From a virus (lineage: Duplodnaviria > Caudoviricetes): 64,000 nt of DNA. The stretch covers positions 15,088 through 79,087 of the IMG/VR virus record IMGVR_UViG_2687453464_000002, one strand, 5' to 3'. Shown in pieces: positions 1 through 10,154 of the stretch. The translations under genes were made by a program, and so were the position numbers. The notes beneath the pieces are model-generated. The model was not told where the DNA came from and did not search any database. It worked only from the letters and a program-made list of their open reading frames with translations. Numbering within the stretch: position 1 is the first letter of the stretch; each line of letters begins with the position of its first letter.

Positions 1-1
1 G

Positions 2-421
2 TTCAGTGCGTCCGCATCAGCAAACCCATTGGCTAACCGCAAGCAGCATAAAGACAACCTCTTTACCGCGGCAGAAGAAGCCCTGATCGAATTTGTGGAG
101 CAGGAAGACCAAAAAACCGGCCTGCTGTCCCGCATCACGGCGATGTTCGCCAAGCGAAACGCCAATGACGACGCGCGCTTTTCTGACGTGAATCAGGCTG
201 TGGAGCTGGTCGCCGGCGAAGTACAGAGCCTCGGTGATAGCGTCGCCAAGCTCAACACCACTGCTGAAAAAGTGCCGGCGCTGGAAACCCAGATCACCGC
301 ACTGAGCAAGCAACTTAACGACCTGCAGACCAACCTGAGCAAGCAGGACCGCAATCCGAAGTTTCGCCCGTTAACACCTGGCGGCGGCGGTGAAAGCAAC
401 GGAGAAAAAACCGACTGCTAA
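2..421 (+). CDS. O: capsid scaffolding protein gpO, C-terminal part (5' truncated by window)
   Basis: Coiled-coil C-terminus ending ...GEKTDC, directly upstream of gpN as in P2. Confidence 0.85.
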   Translation, partial: FSASASANPLANRKQHKDNLFTAAEEALIEFVEQEDQKTGLLSRITAMFAKRNANDDARFSDVNQAVELVAGEVQSLGDSVAKLNTTAEKVPALETQITALSKQLNDLQTNLSKQDRNPKFRPLTPGGGGESNGEKTDC

Positions 422-481
422 ACGCAGTGCCACGGCATACCCCATAGGGCATAGAAAACTGATTACGGAGAGTTACCGATT

Positions 482-1546
482 ATGCGCAATGAAACGCGAT
501 TTAAATTTAACGCCTACCTGACCACCCTGGGTGAGTTGAACGGTGTAGCCGTCGAATTCAGCACTAAATTTGCGGTAGAGCCTTCTATCGCTCAAAAGCT
601 GGAAGACAAAATCCAGGAAAGCGCCGCATTCCTGCAGATGATCAATATTTTCCCGGTGACAGAGCAATCAGGTCAGCGCTTGGGGCTGGGTGTAGGCACA
701 ACGATCGCTGGCACTACTGACACCTCAACCAAAGAGCGTGAGACGACGGATCCGAGCGGCCTGGACTCCATCGAGTACAAGTGCGAACAAACCAACTTCG
801 ACACTTCGATCAATTACGGGAAATTGGACCTGTGGGCCAAGTTCCAGGATTTCCAGAAACGCATCCGTGACGCCATCGTGTTACGCCAGGCACTGGACCG
901 CATCATGATCGGCTTTAACGGCGTGAAGCGTGAAAAGACGTCGAACCGTACCGCCAACCCATTGCTGCAGGACGTTAATATTGGCTGGCTGCAGAAATAT
1001 CGTACCGACGCCCCGGAACGCGTGATGGATAAAATCGTGGATGACGAAGGGGCTGTAGTTTCGCCCGTGATCCGCGTGGGTGAGAACGGCGACTTCGCCA
1101 ACCTGGATGCCGTTGTGATGGACGCCGTGAACAACCTGATCGATCCGTGGTTCCAGGATGATACGGATCTGGTGGTGATTTGCGGCCGCGGCCTGCTGGC
1201 GGATAAATACTTCCCGTTGGTGAACCAGTCGCAGCCAAACACCGAAGCGCTGGCCGCTGATCTGATTATCAGCCAGAAACGCATGGGCGGCCTGCAGGCT
1301 GTTCGCGCACCCTTCTTCCCGGCCAACGCCATGCTGATTACCCGCCTGGATAACCTGTCCATCTACTGGCAGGAAGACACCCGCCGCCGGCTGATTATCG
1401 ACAACCCAAAACGCGACCGCATCGAAAACTTCGAGTCGGTTAACGAGGCCTATGTGGTTGAAGATTACGGCTGTGGTTGCCTGATCGAAAACATCAAACT
1501 CGGCAAGTTTGCGGCGCCAGCGCCGGAAGCACCGGCGGGCGAATAA
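482..1546 (+). CDS. N: major capsid protein, P2 family
   Basis: MRNETRFKFNAYL..., ALDRIMIGFNG, LLQDVNIGWLQKYR motifs of P2 gpN. Confidence 0.97.
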   Translation: MRNETRFKFNAYLTTLGELNGVAVEFSTKFAVEPSIAQKLEDKIQESAAFLQMINIFPVTEQSGQRLGLGVGTTIAGTTDTSTKERETTDPSGLDSIEYKCEQTNFDTSINYGKLDLWAKFQDFQKRIRDAIVLRQALDRIMIGFNGVKREKTSNRTANPLLQDVNIGWLQKYRTDAPERVMDKIVDDEGAVVSPVIRVGENGDFANLDAVVMDAVNNLIDPWFQDDTDLVVICGRGLLADKYFPLVNQSQPNTEALAADLIISQKRMGGLQAVRAPFFPANAMLITRLDNLSIYWQEDTRRRLIIDNPKRDRIENFESVNEAYVVEDYGCGCLIENIKLGKFAAPAPEAPAGE

Positions 1547-1557
1547 GGGGCTAACTG

Positions 1558-2220
1558 ATGGCCCTGAGCCCAGCACAGCGCCATATGGTCTATGTGCAAG
1601 CAAAAGAGGCCGCCCGCCAGGGCGGCGCTCTAAGCCGACATGCCAATGGCTATGAAATGATGCTCCTGAAAATTGAAGAGGACAGCCGCCGACTGAAGCG
1701 GGTGCAATCTCAGGAGAAAAAAGCCGAAGTTAAGCGCGAAATTCTCCCCCATTACTCCCCGTGGGTGGCCGGAGTGCTGCAGACCGGCATGGGTGCGCAA
1801 GATGACGTAATCATGCATGTGATGGTCTGGCGCATCGACGCCGGCGATTACAACGGCGCCATCGACATCGCGGAGTACGCACTCAAACATGGCCTAGTCA
1901 TGCCAAGCCGATATGCACGCCAAACCGCCTGCGCAGTAGCCGAAGAGATCGCGGATAGCGCCCTGAAAGCCTACGACGCCAAGCAACCGGTAAATCTCTC
2001 CATCCTGACGCGCCTCATGAGCCTGATCGAAGACCACGACATGCCGGATGAAGTGCGCGCCAAGCTGCACAAAGTCATGGGCTACGGGTTACGGGATAAC
2101 GAACAGCCTGAGTTAGCGCTCAACCAGTTAAACCGAGCCTTCCAACTGCATGAGCGGGTTGGTGTGAAAAAAGACATTGAACGACTCGAACGCGAGTTGA
2201 AGAAGGCCGAGAACGGCTAA
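1558..2220 (+). CDS. M: terminase endonuclease (small) subunit gpM
   Basis: MALSPAQRH, WRIDAGDY, DMPDEVRAKLHK, GVKKDIERLER. Confidence 0.95.
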   Translation: MALSPAQRHMVYVQAKEAARQGGALSRHANGYEMMLLKIEEDSRRLKRVQSQEKKAEVKREILPHYSPWVAGVLQTGMGAQDDVIMHVMVWRIDAGDYNGAIDIAEYALKHGLVMPSRYARQTACAVAEEIADSALKAYDAKQPVNLSILTRLMSLIEDHDMPDEVRAKLHKVMGYGLRDNEQPELALNQLNRAFQLHERVGVKKDIERLERELKKAENG

Positions 2221-2318
2221 ACCGAACGTGCCCACGCGCGGGGCGGCACGGGCGTTGCGACAGGTTTTATACCGCATCAATACGCCCGTCCACCGCCCAC
2301 CCATTGAGAGCCTTGATC

Positions 2319-2783
2319 ATGAAATTTGTGGCACCAGGCCAGACCGGCGAGGAAAAGCAGGTAATCAAGAACACGCAATTTTGGCCGGATGTCGATCTGT
2401 CCGATTTGCAGGAGTCTATCAGGACCGATGGAACAATCACCCCGCAACGCCTGCGTCATGCGGCGCTGAATGCCATTGCGGAAGTGAATGGCGAATTGAC
2501 CCTGTGGCGACAAGCGCAGCAGACCGCCGGCTTTACCGCTCTGGAAAATGTGCCGGCAGAAGAGTTGGACGACGAAAGCGTTTTACTTCAGCACTACAGC
2601 CGCGCGGTGTACTGCATCACAAAGGCCAATTTAAACGAACGGTATCGCGATTTTGATGCCACTGGGGCTGGCGGGAAGCGAGCCGACGAAATGGACGAAT
2701 CCATTGATGAACTCTGGCGGGATGCTCGCTGGGCCATGCGACTGATCCAGGGCGAAAAACACATGACTGTAGAGCTGATCTGA
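2319..2783 (+). CDS. L: head completion/stabilization protein gpL
   Basis: IKNTQFWPDV, RLRHAALNAIAEVN, LWRDARWA, C-terminal VELI; start trimmed to ATG 2319. Confidence 0.93.
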   Translation: MKFVAPGQTGEEKQVIKNTQFWPDVDLSDLQESIRTDGTITPQRLRHAALNAIAEVNGELTLWRQAQQTAGFTALENVPAEELDDESVLLQHYSRAVYCITKANLNERYRDFDATGAGGKRADEMDESIDELWRDARWAMRLIQGEKHMTVELI

Positions 2784-2986
2784 TGAAAGTGATAGCCCAC
2801 CAAAACGACACTGTTGATGAGTTGTGCTGGCGACACTATGGCCGCACTGCGGGGCTATCCGAAGTCGTCTTATTGGCCAATCCAGGTCTGGCAGAAATCG
2901 GGCCATTTATTCCACACGGCACGCCGGTAGAAATGCCGGACATTGCGCCGACACCCACACAGCAAATTATTCAACTTTGGGATTGA
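2783..2986 (+). CDS. X: tail protein X
   Basis: QNDTVDELCWRHYGRT...ANPGLAE...QLWD. Confidence 0.95.
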   Translation: MKVIAHQNDTVDELCWRHYGRTAGLSEVVLLANPGLAEIGPFIPHGTPVEMPDIAPTPTQQIIQLWD

Positions 2987-2990
2987 TGTC

Positions 2991-3359
2991 ATGGGCGAAC
3001 CAGTAACAAGCGGCACCACTTTATTCGCATTTGGCGGGATCACGCTTCTCTCCGTCTTGTCCGGCGACGCCGCGCCAATTGTACTCGGCGCCTTTGGTGG
3101 CGCCTCATTGTTTGTGCTGGCGTCGCAGGAGTTAACGCTGAAGCGGCGCGGCGCGCTATGGATAAGCAGCTTTATTGCTGGTTGCCTGTTCGCGCCGATG
3201 GCGGCCGCACTACTGAAGAGAGCCACCGGGCTGGATGTTGAGGTGAAGCTGGGCGCCGGCGCCTTCGTTGCTGCAGGCGTGGCCATCAAAATCCTGCTGG
3301 TTGCGCTTCAGAAACTGGACGGGGATAGCCCGATTTTCCGCATATTCAGGGGGAAATAA
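2991..3359 (+). CDS. putative holin
   Basis: Several hydrophobic segments, GAFGGA motif, first gene of lysis cassette. Confidence 0.75.
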   Translation: MGEPVTSGTTLFAFGGITLLSVLSGDAAPIVLGAFGGASLFVLASQELTLKRRGALWISSFIAGCLFAPMAAALLKRATGLDVEVKLGAGAFVAAGVAIKILLVALQKLDGDSPIFRIFRGK

Positions 3360-3361
3360 CC

Positions 3362-3691
3362 ATGCACTGGATAACGTCGATCATCTGTTTGCTCATTGCC
3401 GGCCGCCTGCTGGCTTTCCAGCGCAGAGGGGCAACGCATAAACCGTGGGCCAGCGGCGTCGCATACGTCGTGATCATGATTTGCGCCGCCGTGCCAATTT
3501 TTTCCGCGTTCGGTCGCTTCCCGCAGTCGGGGGCGCTGACTGCCCTTTTCAGTTTCATGATCCTGATGGCAGTCACCCGTTCCCGCGGGAACATCATGGC
3601 GATCATCCCATCACCGCCCGCGGCGAAAGAACGGGCGCCAGCCAAGCAAAAAGCCAGGGGGAAAAATGGCCCGCATCGTCACCACTCCTAA
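3362..3691 (+). CDS. phage holin-like membrane protein (DUF754-like)
   Basis: Three TM segments, FQRRGATHKPWAS and RGNIMAI motifs; between holin and endolysin. Confidence 0.75.
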   Translation: MHWITSIICLLIAGRLLAFQRRGATHKPWASGVAYVVIMICAAVPIFSAFGRFPQSGALTALFSFMILMAVTRSRGNIMAIIPSPPAAKERAPAKQKARGKNGPHRHHS

Positions 3692-4163
3692 CATTAACGC
3701 CTATCTGGACACGCTGCGATTCAGCGAAATTGGCGCCACGCTTTTGGCCAGGTCAGACGACGGATACAACGTGATCGTGACCGGTGTCGACGGCAAAGCA
3801 GAAACCTTTTCCAGCTACCGAGATCACCCGTTCGCCGGCGGCCGCCCCGGCAAGGTGTTTAACAGTCGCGGGCAGCGCAGCACGGCATCAGGCGGCTACC
3901 AGTTTTTGATCAGGGATTGGGACCATTACCGCATCGCGCTGAAATTGCCAGACTTTGGGCCGGAATCACAGGACAGGTGGGCCATTCAACTAATCCGCGA
4001 GCGTGGCGCCCTCGCTGACATCAATGCCGGCCGGATAGAGTTGGCGTTGAAAAAGTGCCGCAATATATGGGCGAGCCTGCCGGGCGCCGGATATGGCCAG
4101 CCCGAGCACAAGCTTGAAACCCTGCTGAAAAAATACGTCAGTTATGGCGGGGCGCTGGCATGA
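3666..4163 (+). CDS. endolysin, lambda R-type lytic transglycosylase (GH104)
   Basis: AYLDTLRFSE, STASGGYQFL, DFGPESQD, WASLPGAGYGQPEH. Confidence 0.93.
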   Translation: MARIVTTPNINAYLDTLRFSEIGATLLARSDDGYNVIVTGVDGKAETFSSYRDHPFAGGRPGKVFNSRGQRSTASGGYQFLIRDWDHYRIALKLPDFGPESQDRWAIQLIRERGALADINAGRIELALKKCRNIWASLPGAGYGQPEHKLETLLKKYVSYGGALA

Positions 4164-4618
4164 CCGCCGTCATTCCACGCAGTTGGTTGATCGTGGCCGC
4201 CATCGTCCTGGCGCTCGCCGCGGCGTTAGGGTGGAAAAGTTGGAGGTTGGGCGCCTATGAAAAAGCCGTCAGCGATCAGCAAGTAACCATCAAAGCCCAG
4301 GGAAAAACCATCGAAGGAATGGAGGCACAGCTATCAGCTAAAAATGCCGAACTGATAACCCTGGGCTTGATCGCCAGCAATAACAACCGGGCGCAAGCCG
4401 AGTTGCGTCAGCAGATGACCAACACGGCCGCCCTTCTTTCACAACGTGAAAATCTGATTGCGAGGTTATACCGTGAAAATGCAGAGCTTAAAGCCTGGGC
4501 TGACGGTCGCTTGCCTCCTGATGTTGTGCGCCTGCACGCCCGCCCGGCAGTTACCGGAGGTGCAGCTTATCGCGCCTGGTTGTCCGAGGTTGATCGCCTG
4601 CCAGCTGCCGGCCAGTAA
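4160..4618 (+). CDS. lysB: i-spanin LysB
   Basis: N-terminal TM, coiled coil, ENAELKAWADGRLPPDVVRL. Confidence 0.88.
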   Translation: MTAVIPRSWLIVAAIVLALAAALGWKSWRLGAYEKAVSDQQVTIKAQGKTIEGMEAQLSAKNAELITLGLIASNNNRAQAELRQQMTNTAALLSQRENLIARLYRENAELKAWADGRLPPDVVRLHARPAVTGGAAYRAWLSEVDRLPAAGQ

Positions 4619-4763
4619 CCCGCTCACCAACGGGGACCTGGAGCGGGAAAAGAGCCGCGTAGAGGCTGCTTGGGCGATGTGTGCCGATCAGGTCGATACC
4701 ATTATTCAATGCCAGGAAAAAAACGATGAACAAGCCGGAATCATTGAGAAAGGCCCTCTCTGA
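4479..4763 (+). CDS. lysC: o-spanin LysC (lipoprotein)
   Basis: Lipobox LCAC, GCP...C..P, TNGDL, CADQVDTIIQCQ; overlaps lysB. Confidence 0.88.
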   Translation: MQSLKPGLTVACLLMLCACTPARQLPEVQLIAPGCPRLIACQLPASNPLTNGDLEREKSRVEAAWAMCADQVDTIIQCQEKNDEQAGIIEKGPL

Positions 4764-5157
4764 CGGGATAGAATATCTGGGAAAAAACCCAGACAAACTG
4801 CACATTTTTGTTGATGAGGGTGCAGTTGTTTCCAGCCTGGCGCCAACCATTTCATTCGAATACCAGTACACACTCAACCTGGTGATAACCGACTTTTCAG
4901 CAGACCAAAACCTGCTGAACGCAGTGATCTTGTATTGGCTTCGCCGCAACCAGCCAGACATCATGGCTAACCCAGACAGCAGAGATAAGGGCTTCACATT
5001 TGAGGTGGATATTCTGAATAACACCACCTGCGACATCAGCATAAACCTGAAGCTAACAGAGCGCGTGATCGTGAAAGAGGCAGGCGGCCAAATGGTTGTA
5101 GAGGCCGTCCCTGAACCGGAACCACCTTACGCCGATCAGTGGACGCCCAATGAGTGA
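4726..5157 (+). CDS. R: tail completion protein gpR
   Basis: MNKPESLRKAL, NPDKLHIFVDEG, SFEYQYTL, LKLTERV. Confidence 0.93.
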   Translation: MNKPESLRKALSDGIEYLGKNPDKLHIFVDEGAVVSSLAPTISFEYQYTLNLVITDFSADQNLLNAVILYWLRRNQPDIMANPDSRDKGFTFEVDILNNTTCDISINLKLTERVIVKEAGGQMVVEAVPEPEPPYADQWTPNE

Positions 5158-5596
5158 CTTTATTCAGATTGAAGACTGGCTAGCCGCCCTCGCCTCACAG
5201 CTAACCCCAGCAGCGAGGAAAAAGCTAACTCGCCAGTGGGCCAATGAATTGCGCCGTCGCCAGCGCCTGCAGATCAGCCAGCAACGCAATCCGGACGGCA
5301 CCCCCTACGCCGAGCGGAAACCGCAAGGCCGCAGCAAAAAGGGGCGGATACGCAGGAAAATGTTTAGCAAGCTGCAGACCACTCGCTTTATGAAAACAGC
5401 AACTACGGCAGACGAAGCCGCCGTTTACTTTGCCGGCAGCGTTATGCGCATTGCACGCGTGCACCATTACGGGCTGCGCGACAAAGTGAGTAAGCGGGGC
5501 CCAACCGTGAAATACGACGCCCGCCAATTATTTGGTCTGAATGATCCAGCAATCACCGCCGTCGGCGACATCCTGATCGACCACCTCAGTAAATAA
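5150..5596 (+). CDS. S: virion morphogenesis/tail completion protein gpS
   Basis: QRNPDGTPY, RIARVHHYGL. Confidence 0.93.
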   Translation: MSDFIQIEDWLAALASQLTPAARKKLTRQWANELRRRQRLQISQQRNPDGTPYAERKPQGRSKKGRIRRKMFSKLQTTRFMKTATTADEAAVYFAGSVMRIARVHHYGLRDKVSKRGPTVKYDARQLFGLNDPAITAVGDILIDHLSK

Positions 5597-5675
5597 CCTG
5601 CAGCACAGTCGATTTTGGCTGTGCTGGCCATGCCGGCAAACATAGACACAAATCGCTTTGCTCGATATCGGCCCT

Positions 5676-5693
5676 TGTGCCAGGCACCACACA
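5676..5693 (+). promoter_or_regulatory. Ogr-type activator site of late promoter pV
   Basis: TGT-N12-ACA (TGTGCCAGGCACCACACA) ~50 bp upstream of V, the established P2 late-promoter consensus. Confidence 0.75.
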
Positions 5694-5740
5694 ATGCCCG
5701 CAACATGCAGCCCGCACCGCGCGCATGGCAGGCTGTGCCA

Positions 5741-6334
5741 ATGAATACACAACTTTCTGAACTCCTGCGCCTGCTGACAAATCTGATCCGAATCGGAACC
5801 ATTTCCGAGGTCGATACGGAGAACGGCCTATGCCGTGTGCAAACGGGCGGACTTGAAACCACTCCGCTCAAATGGCTGACCATGCGCGCAGGCAGCGCGC
5901 GCACATGGTGGGCGCCGTCAATCGGGGAGCAGGTGTTGATCTTGAGCATGGCCGGTGAACTGACAACCGCCTTTGTCCTGCCGGCCATTTTTTCGAACGC
6001 CCACCCAGCCCCCTCGGATTCAAAGGGCGCCTTGGTTACGGAGTTCCCCGACGGTGCCAGGTTCAGTTATGACCCCGAAGTAGGCGCCATGACCGTGGAA
6101 GGCGTGAAAACGGCAATATTCAGGGCGGCGACAGGGATCAGGCTGGAAACACCAAAAGTTACCTGCACTCAACTGCTGGAAACGGCACAGCTATCAGTCA
6201 CTGATGGCGGGACGATGACGGGCAACATCACCCACAGCGGCGGCCGCTTCACATCTAATGATGTCGTCGTTGATGAGCATAAGCACAGTGGCGTAGAGAC
6301 AGGCGGCGGGGAGTCGGGAGGACCGGTGAAATGA
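5741..6334 (+). CDS. V: baseplate spike protein gpV
   Basis: LRLLTNLIRIG, WWAPSIGEQV, C-terminal HKH iron-binding motif; start at ATG 5741. Confidence 0.95.
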   Translation: MNTQLSELLRLLTNLIRIGTISEVDTENGLCRVQTGGLETTPLKWLTMRAGSARTWWAPSIGEQVLILSMAGELTTAFVLPAIFSNAHPAPSDSKGALVTEFPDGARFSYDPEVGAMTVEGVKTAIFRAATGIRLETPKVTCTQLLETAQLSVTDGGTMTGNITHSGGRFTSNDVVVDEHKHSGVETGGGESGGPVK

Positions 6335-6681
6335 TGTATCAGGGCATGAACACCAACAGCGGCCACGCCGTCGAAGATATTGATCATATTCGTCAGTCAA
6401 TCAGCAAGATTTTGCTGACCCCAATCGGCAGCAGGATCACCCGGCGCCCGTTCGGCTCACTGATGTCCGAGCTGATCGATCAGCCTCAAAACGATACAAC
6501 CAGATTGCAGTTGATGGCCGCGGCATACAGCGCCATCAACCGCTGGGAGCCGCGCGTATCACTAACAGCAGTCACTGTAACCACGCAGATCGGCGGCCAA
6601 ATGATAGTGGACGTCTCCGGCAGCAGGAACGACACCACGGCGAGCATCAATATTTCAATTCCTTACGGGAGCGCATCATGA
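6331..6681 (+). CDS. W: baseplate protein gpW (GPW/gp25)
   Basis: HIRQSISKILLTPIGSR, RWEPRV. Confidence 0.95.
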   Translation: MMYQGMNTNSGHAVEDIDHIRQSISKILLTPIGSRITRRPFGSLMSELIDQPQNDTTRLQLMAAAYSAINRWEPRVSLTAVTVTTQIGGQMIVDVSGSRNDTTASINISIPYGSAS

Positions 6682-7586
6682 GCGTAATCGACCTTTCGCA
6701 ACTGCCGCCACCCCAGGTGGTTGAAACCCTGAGCTTTGAAGACCTGCTTGAGGACAGAAAGGCGCGCTTGCTTGAGCTCTATCCTGACGATCAGCGCGAG
6801 GCCATAGCGCGCACTCTGGAGCTGGAATCCGAGCCGATCGTGATGCTGCTGCAGGAAAATGCCTATAGGGAAATGCTGTTGCGCCAGCGCATCAACGAGG
6901 CTGCACAGGCCGTCATGGTGGCGTATTCCATCGGTAGCGACCTCGACCAGCTGGGCGCCAACAACAACACACCGCGACTGGTGATCACCCAGGCCGACAG
7001 CGAAGCCATCCCGCCTGTTGAGGCGGTGATGGAATCAGATGCAGATTTTCGCCAGCGTATCCCAGCAGCGTTTGAGGGAATGAGCGTCGCAGGGCCAACC
7101 GGCGCCTATGAGTTCCACGCACTAAGCGCCGATGGCAAAGTTGCCGACGCATCAGCAATTAGCCCGGCGCCAGCACTGGTCACTGTCACTATTCTTTCAC
7201 GCGAAGGGGACGGAACAGCATCCGCTGAACTGCTGGCGAAAGTTGACGCAGCACTTAACGATCGAGAGGTGCGGCCCGTAGCTGATCGCCTTACGGTGCA
7301 GTCTGCCAGCATCATCAACTATGAGATTGACGCAGTGCTTTATGTCTATCCAGGACCAGCACAAGAGCCAATCCTTGCCGACGCACAAAAACGACTGAGC
7401 GCCTACATCAACGAGCAGCGGCGCCTTGGTCGCGACATTCGCTTAACGGCAATCTATGCAGCACTACACACCCAGGGCGTGCAGCGCGTCGAGCTGCGCA
7501 ACCCGTCCGCTGATGTTGTGCTGGATAAAACCCAGGCCGCCAACTGCACAAATGCCCGCGTTGTGATCGGTGGTTCCGATGAATAG
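6678..7586 (+). CDS. J: baseplate protein gpJ
   Basis: IDLSQLPPPQVVE, SVAGPTGAYEFHA, VRPVADR. Confidence 0.96.
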   Translation: MSVIDLSQLPPPQVVETLSFEDLLEDRKARLLELYPDDQREAIARTLELESEPIVMLLQENAYREMLLRQRINEAAQAVMVAYSIGSDLDQLGANNNTPRLVITQADSEAIPPVEAVMESDADFRQRIPAAFEGMSVAGPTGAYEFHALSADGKVADASAISPAPALVTVTILSREGDGTASAELLAKVDAALNDREVRPVADRLTVQSASIINYEIDAVLYVYPGPAQEPILADAQKRLSAYINEQRRLGRDIRLTAIYAALHTQGVQRVELRNPSADVVLDKTQAANCTNARVVIGGSDE

Positions 7587-8178
7587 CTTGCTACCGCCAG
7601 GTTCCTCGCCGCTTGAACGGCGCGCGGCTGAGGCCTGCGCTGCAATTAGCGATCTAAATGTGCCACTGTGTGACCTGTGGAACCCGGACAAATGTCCGAT
7701 TCTCTTTCTGCCCTACCTGGCCTGGGCTTTTTCGGTCGATCGGTGGGATGAGAAATGGCCGGCAGCAGAGAAGCGTAAAGCCGTTAAAGATGCCTTTTAC
7801 ATCCACCGCAGGAAAGGGACAGTCGCGGCCATTAATCGCGTGATCGAAAACATGGGATACACCATGACAATCGAGGAGTGGTGGGAGGTTGCCGACCCTG
7901 CCGGCACGTTTCGTTTAACGATTGACGTAATGGACATCGGGATCACAGAAGAAATTGTAAACGAGTTGGAGCGGCTAATTGGTGACGCCAAGCCGGTAAG
8001 TCGTCACATCAGGCAATTAAGCTTGAGCACCAGAACCAAAGGCCTGGCGTACTCCGCTGCCGCCATGCATGACGGCGATATCGTCACTGTCTACCCTGCC
8101 GATTACGAGCCGGACGACAGCATTAAATACAACAACGCTGCAAGTTTCAGCGGCGATTATCACTATTCCGGGAAATAA
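7579..8178 (+). CDS. I: tail protein gpI with C-terminal extension
   Basis: SLLPPGSSPLER, LPYLAWAFSVDRWD, HRRKGT, AKPVSRH. Confidence 0.94.
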   Translation: MNSLLPPGSSPLERRAAEACAAISDLNVPLCDLWNPDKCPILFLPYLAWAFSVDRWDEKWPAAEKRKAVKDAFYIHRRKGTVAAINRVIENMGYTMTIEEWWEVADPAGTFRLTIDVMDIGITEEIVNELERLIGDAKPVSRHIRQLSLSTRTKGLAYSAAAMHDGDIVTVYPADYEPDDSIKYNNAASFSGDYHYSGK

Positions 8179-8179
8179 C

Positions 8180-10154
8180 ATGGCAAAACTTACCGAAAGT
8201 AGGCAATGGGAAGATGGCGTTTATCAAATTAAACGTGGTGATAAAGTCACCGGCGGACGTGACGGCGTCGCTAATATTCAGCCACAGCAACTGGCTAATC
8301 GTACTGCTTATTTAAAGAATGAGCTTGAAACAATCAGTACTATGGCAATGGCTGACATGGGGGTGTATGACTCCAAGGAAGTTGCACAGGACGCAATTAA
8401 CACGGGGAGCGAATTAAGGAAGTATTTCCCTGTAAGGGAAGAAGGTAACTATTGGGCAAGGCGTTACGAGAATGTAGAAGGAATTGCCACACCAACAGAA
8501 GAAACTCTATCCAACGGCGCATACATAGATGCTCAGTTGCTTAGAAATATTATTCAGGCAATAAACATTTTGCCATCTAACGGAATATTTCCGGGAATAT
8601 CTGAAAACCCTCTGGAGATTGGTTCAGAAAAGAATGAAGTTGCCTTTGGCATTAATGCCAGAGGCCAATTAATGGCACAAGCAGGATTTGCTGATTTGTT
8701 GGGTGTAAAAAATACAACCACTGCCACCGGAAAGCGAATACCTCTTTGTTATTGATGACGACGCGGGGCGCGTCGCCTTTGGTATTGGGAAAAATGCATT
8801 TGTTGAAATTCTGGGTATGAGAATTGAGGTTGCCAATATCGATAATGTGCTGGAAATTGTAGACGGCCTTGGTTTCATTGCCGGAGGATTAAACAGGAAA
8901 GGTGAATCACTGACGTCACCCCCTCAAGTCCCCGTAGTTAAAACCGAATACTATGATTTTGCAGAGCGCCTACATTTATTTTTATTTGGTCAGTCACTCA
9001 GCAATGGTGCTTTGGGTACACCAGTGTTGAATACGCCAGCACCGGGCGCGTTGATGTATAACACGGGTGTGCTCAGTCGCGATAAGAATCCTACTTCGCT
9101 TGTCCAGTTGAAGGAAAGCGGTGTTGAAACTATGGCATCGGCCCTGGCCAACAGCTTCGTGAGTCACGTAGAGGATGCCAACGGAATGGGCGGACGCCAG
9201 TTGATTTTGAACTCTGGCGGCGTGAACGGCGAGATGATACAAAATCTTGAGAAAGGCACGCCTGCATTTAACGATCTGGTTAGGCAAATTCGTTGGTGTC
9301 ACACCTATAACGGGCAGGAAGGTCGGGAACATGCACCAGATTATGTGGTTTGGGTGCATGGTGAACGTGCAGCGGCGGACGGCATGTCCGGCGCTGAGTA
9401 TAAAACGCGTGTAAAGCAGCTTCGAAAAGACCTTGAAGAAGCGCTGGCTGATGTTCGTGATCCGTCGAAACCGCTGACAATGATGATTTATCAAATGGCT
9501 AGCCATGGCTATTACGTCGGATCGGCAGATCATCCATCAGTTGAAATCCCGCTGGCGCACCTGGAACTGTCACATGAGGACGACAATATCCAGTGCTTTG
9601 GCCCGAACTATATGTTCGCCGGTTCCGATAACGTGCATAAATCCAATCACGGTTATCGACAAATGGGCCTGCAAGTCGATAAAGCGATCCGGCACCATAT
9701 GCTAACGGGTGAAAAATTCCGCCCGCTTGAACCCATCAATTTCCGCCGTATTTCAGACACGGTAGCATTGGGGCGATTCAATGTGCCGAAGCCGCCAATG
9801 GTTTTTGATGACTCCGTTGTGAAGCAACTCCCGGACGGACAGAACGGCATCGAGGCGTTTGACGATGAGGGGCGAGTACTGCTCGCGAGTACAGAAATAA
9901 TTGCAGGCACTCAACTCAAGGTGACAGCCAGCCGCCCGTTTGTCGGTGAGGTTTGGATCGCTGCCGGTTACACCCCTGATAATCGCGGGCCTATCACTGA
10001 TAACCGCTACAAGGAATGGTTTGCAGGCCCAACTACCGGCGTGCGCACTACGCTGAGGGACTCAGACCCTACAACTACCGAACTGACTGGCCTGGATGGC
10101 AAGCCGTATCAGCGTCAGAACTATTGCGTACATTTTTATATGAGGGTTGAATAA
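8180..10154 (+). pseudogene. tailspike with SGNH esterase (sialate O-acetylesterase-like) domain, split by a 1-nt frameshift (ORFs 8180..8755 and 8817..10154)
   Basis: Phage-fibre N-terminus (QLANRTAYLK). Deleting one A from the A6 run 8707..8712 gives ...LLGVKIQPLPPESEYLFVIDDDAGRVAFGIGK..., in frame with the second ORF, which carries GQSLS, WVHGE, DNVH. Confidence 0.75.

Noticed and set aside
5615-5740. N-terminal extension of gpV in the ORF track
   Set aside because: Covers the late promoter; P2 gpV homology starts at ATG 5741
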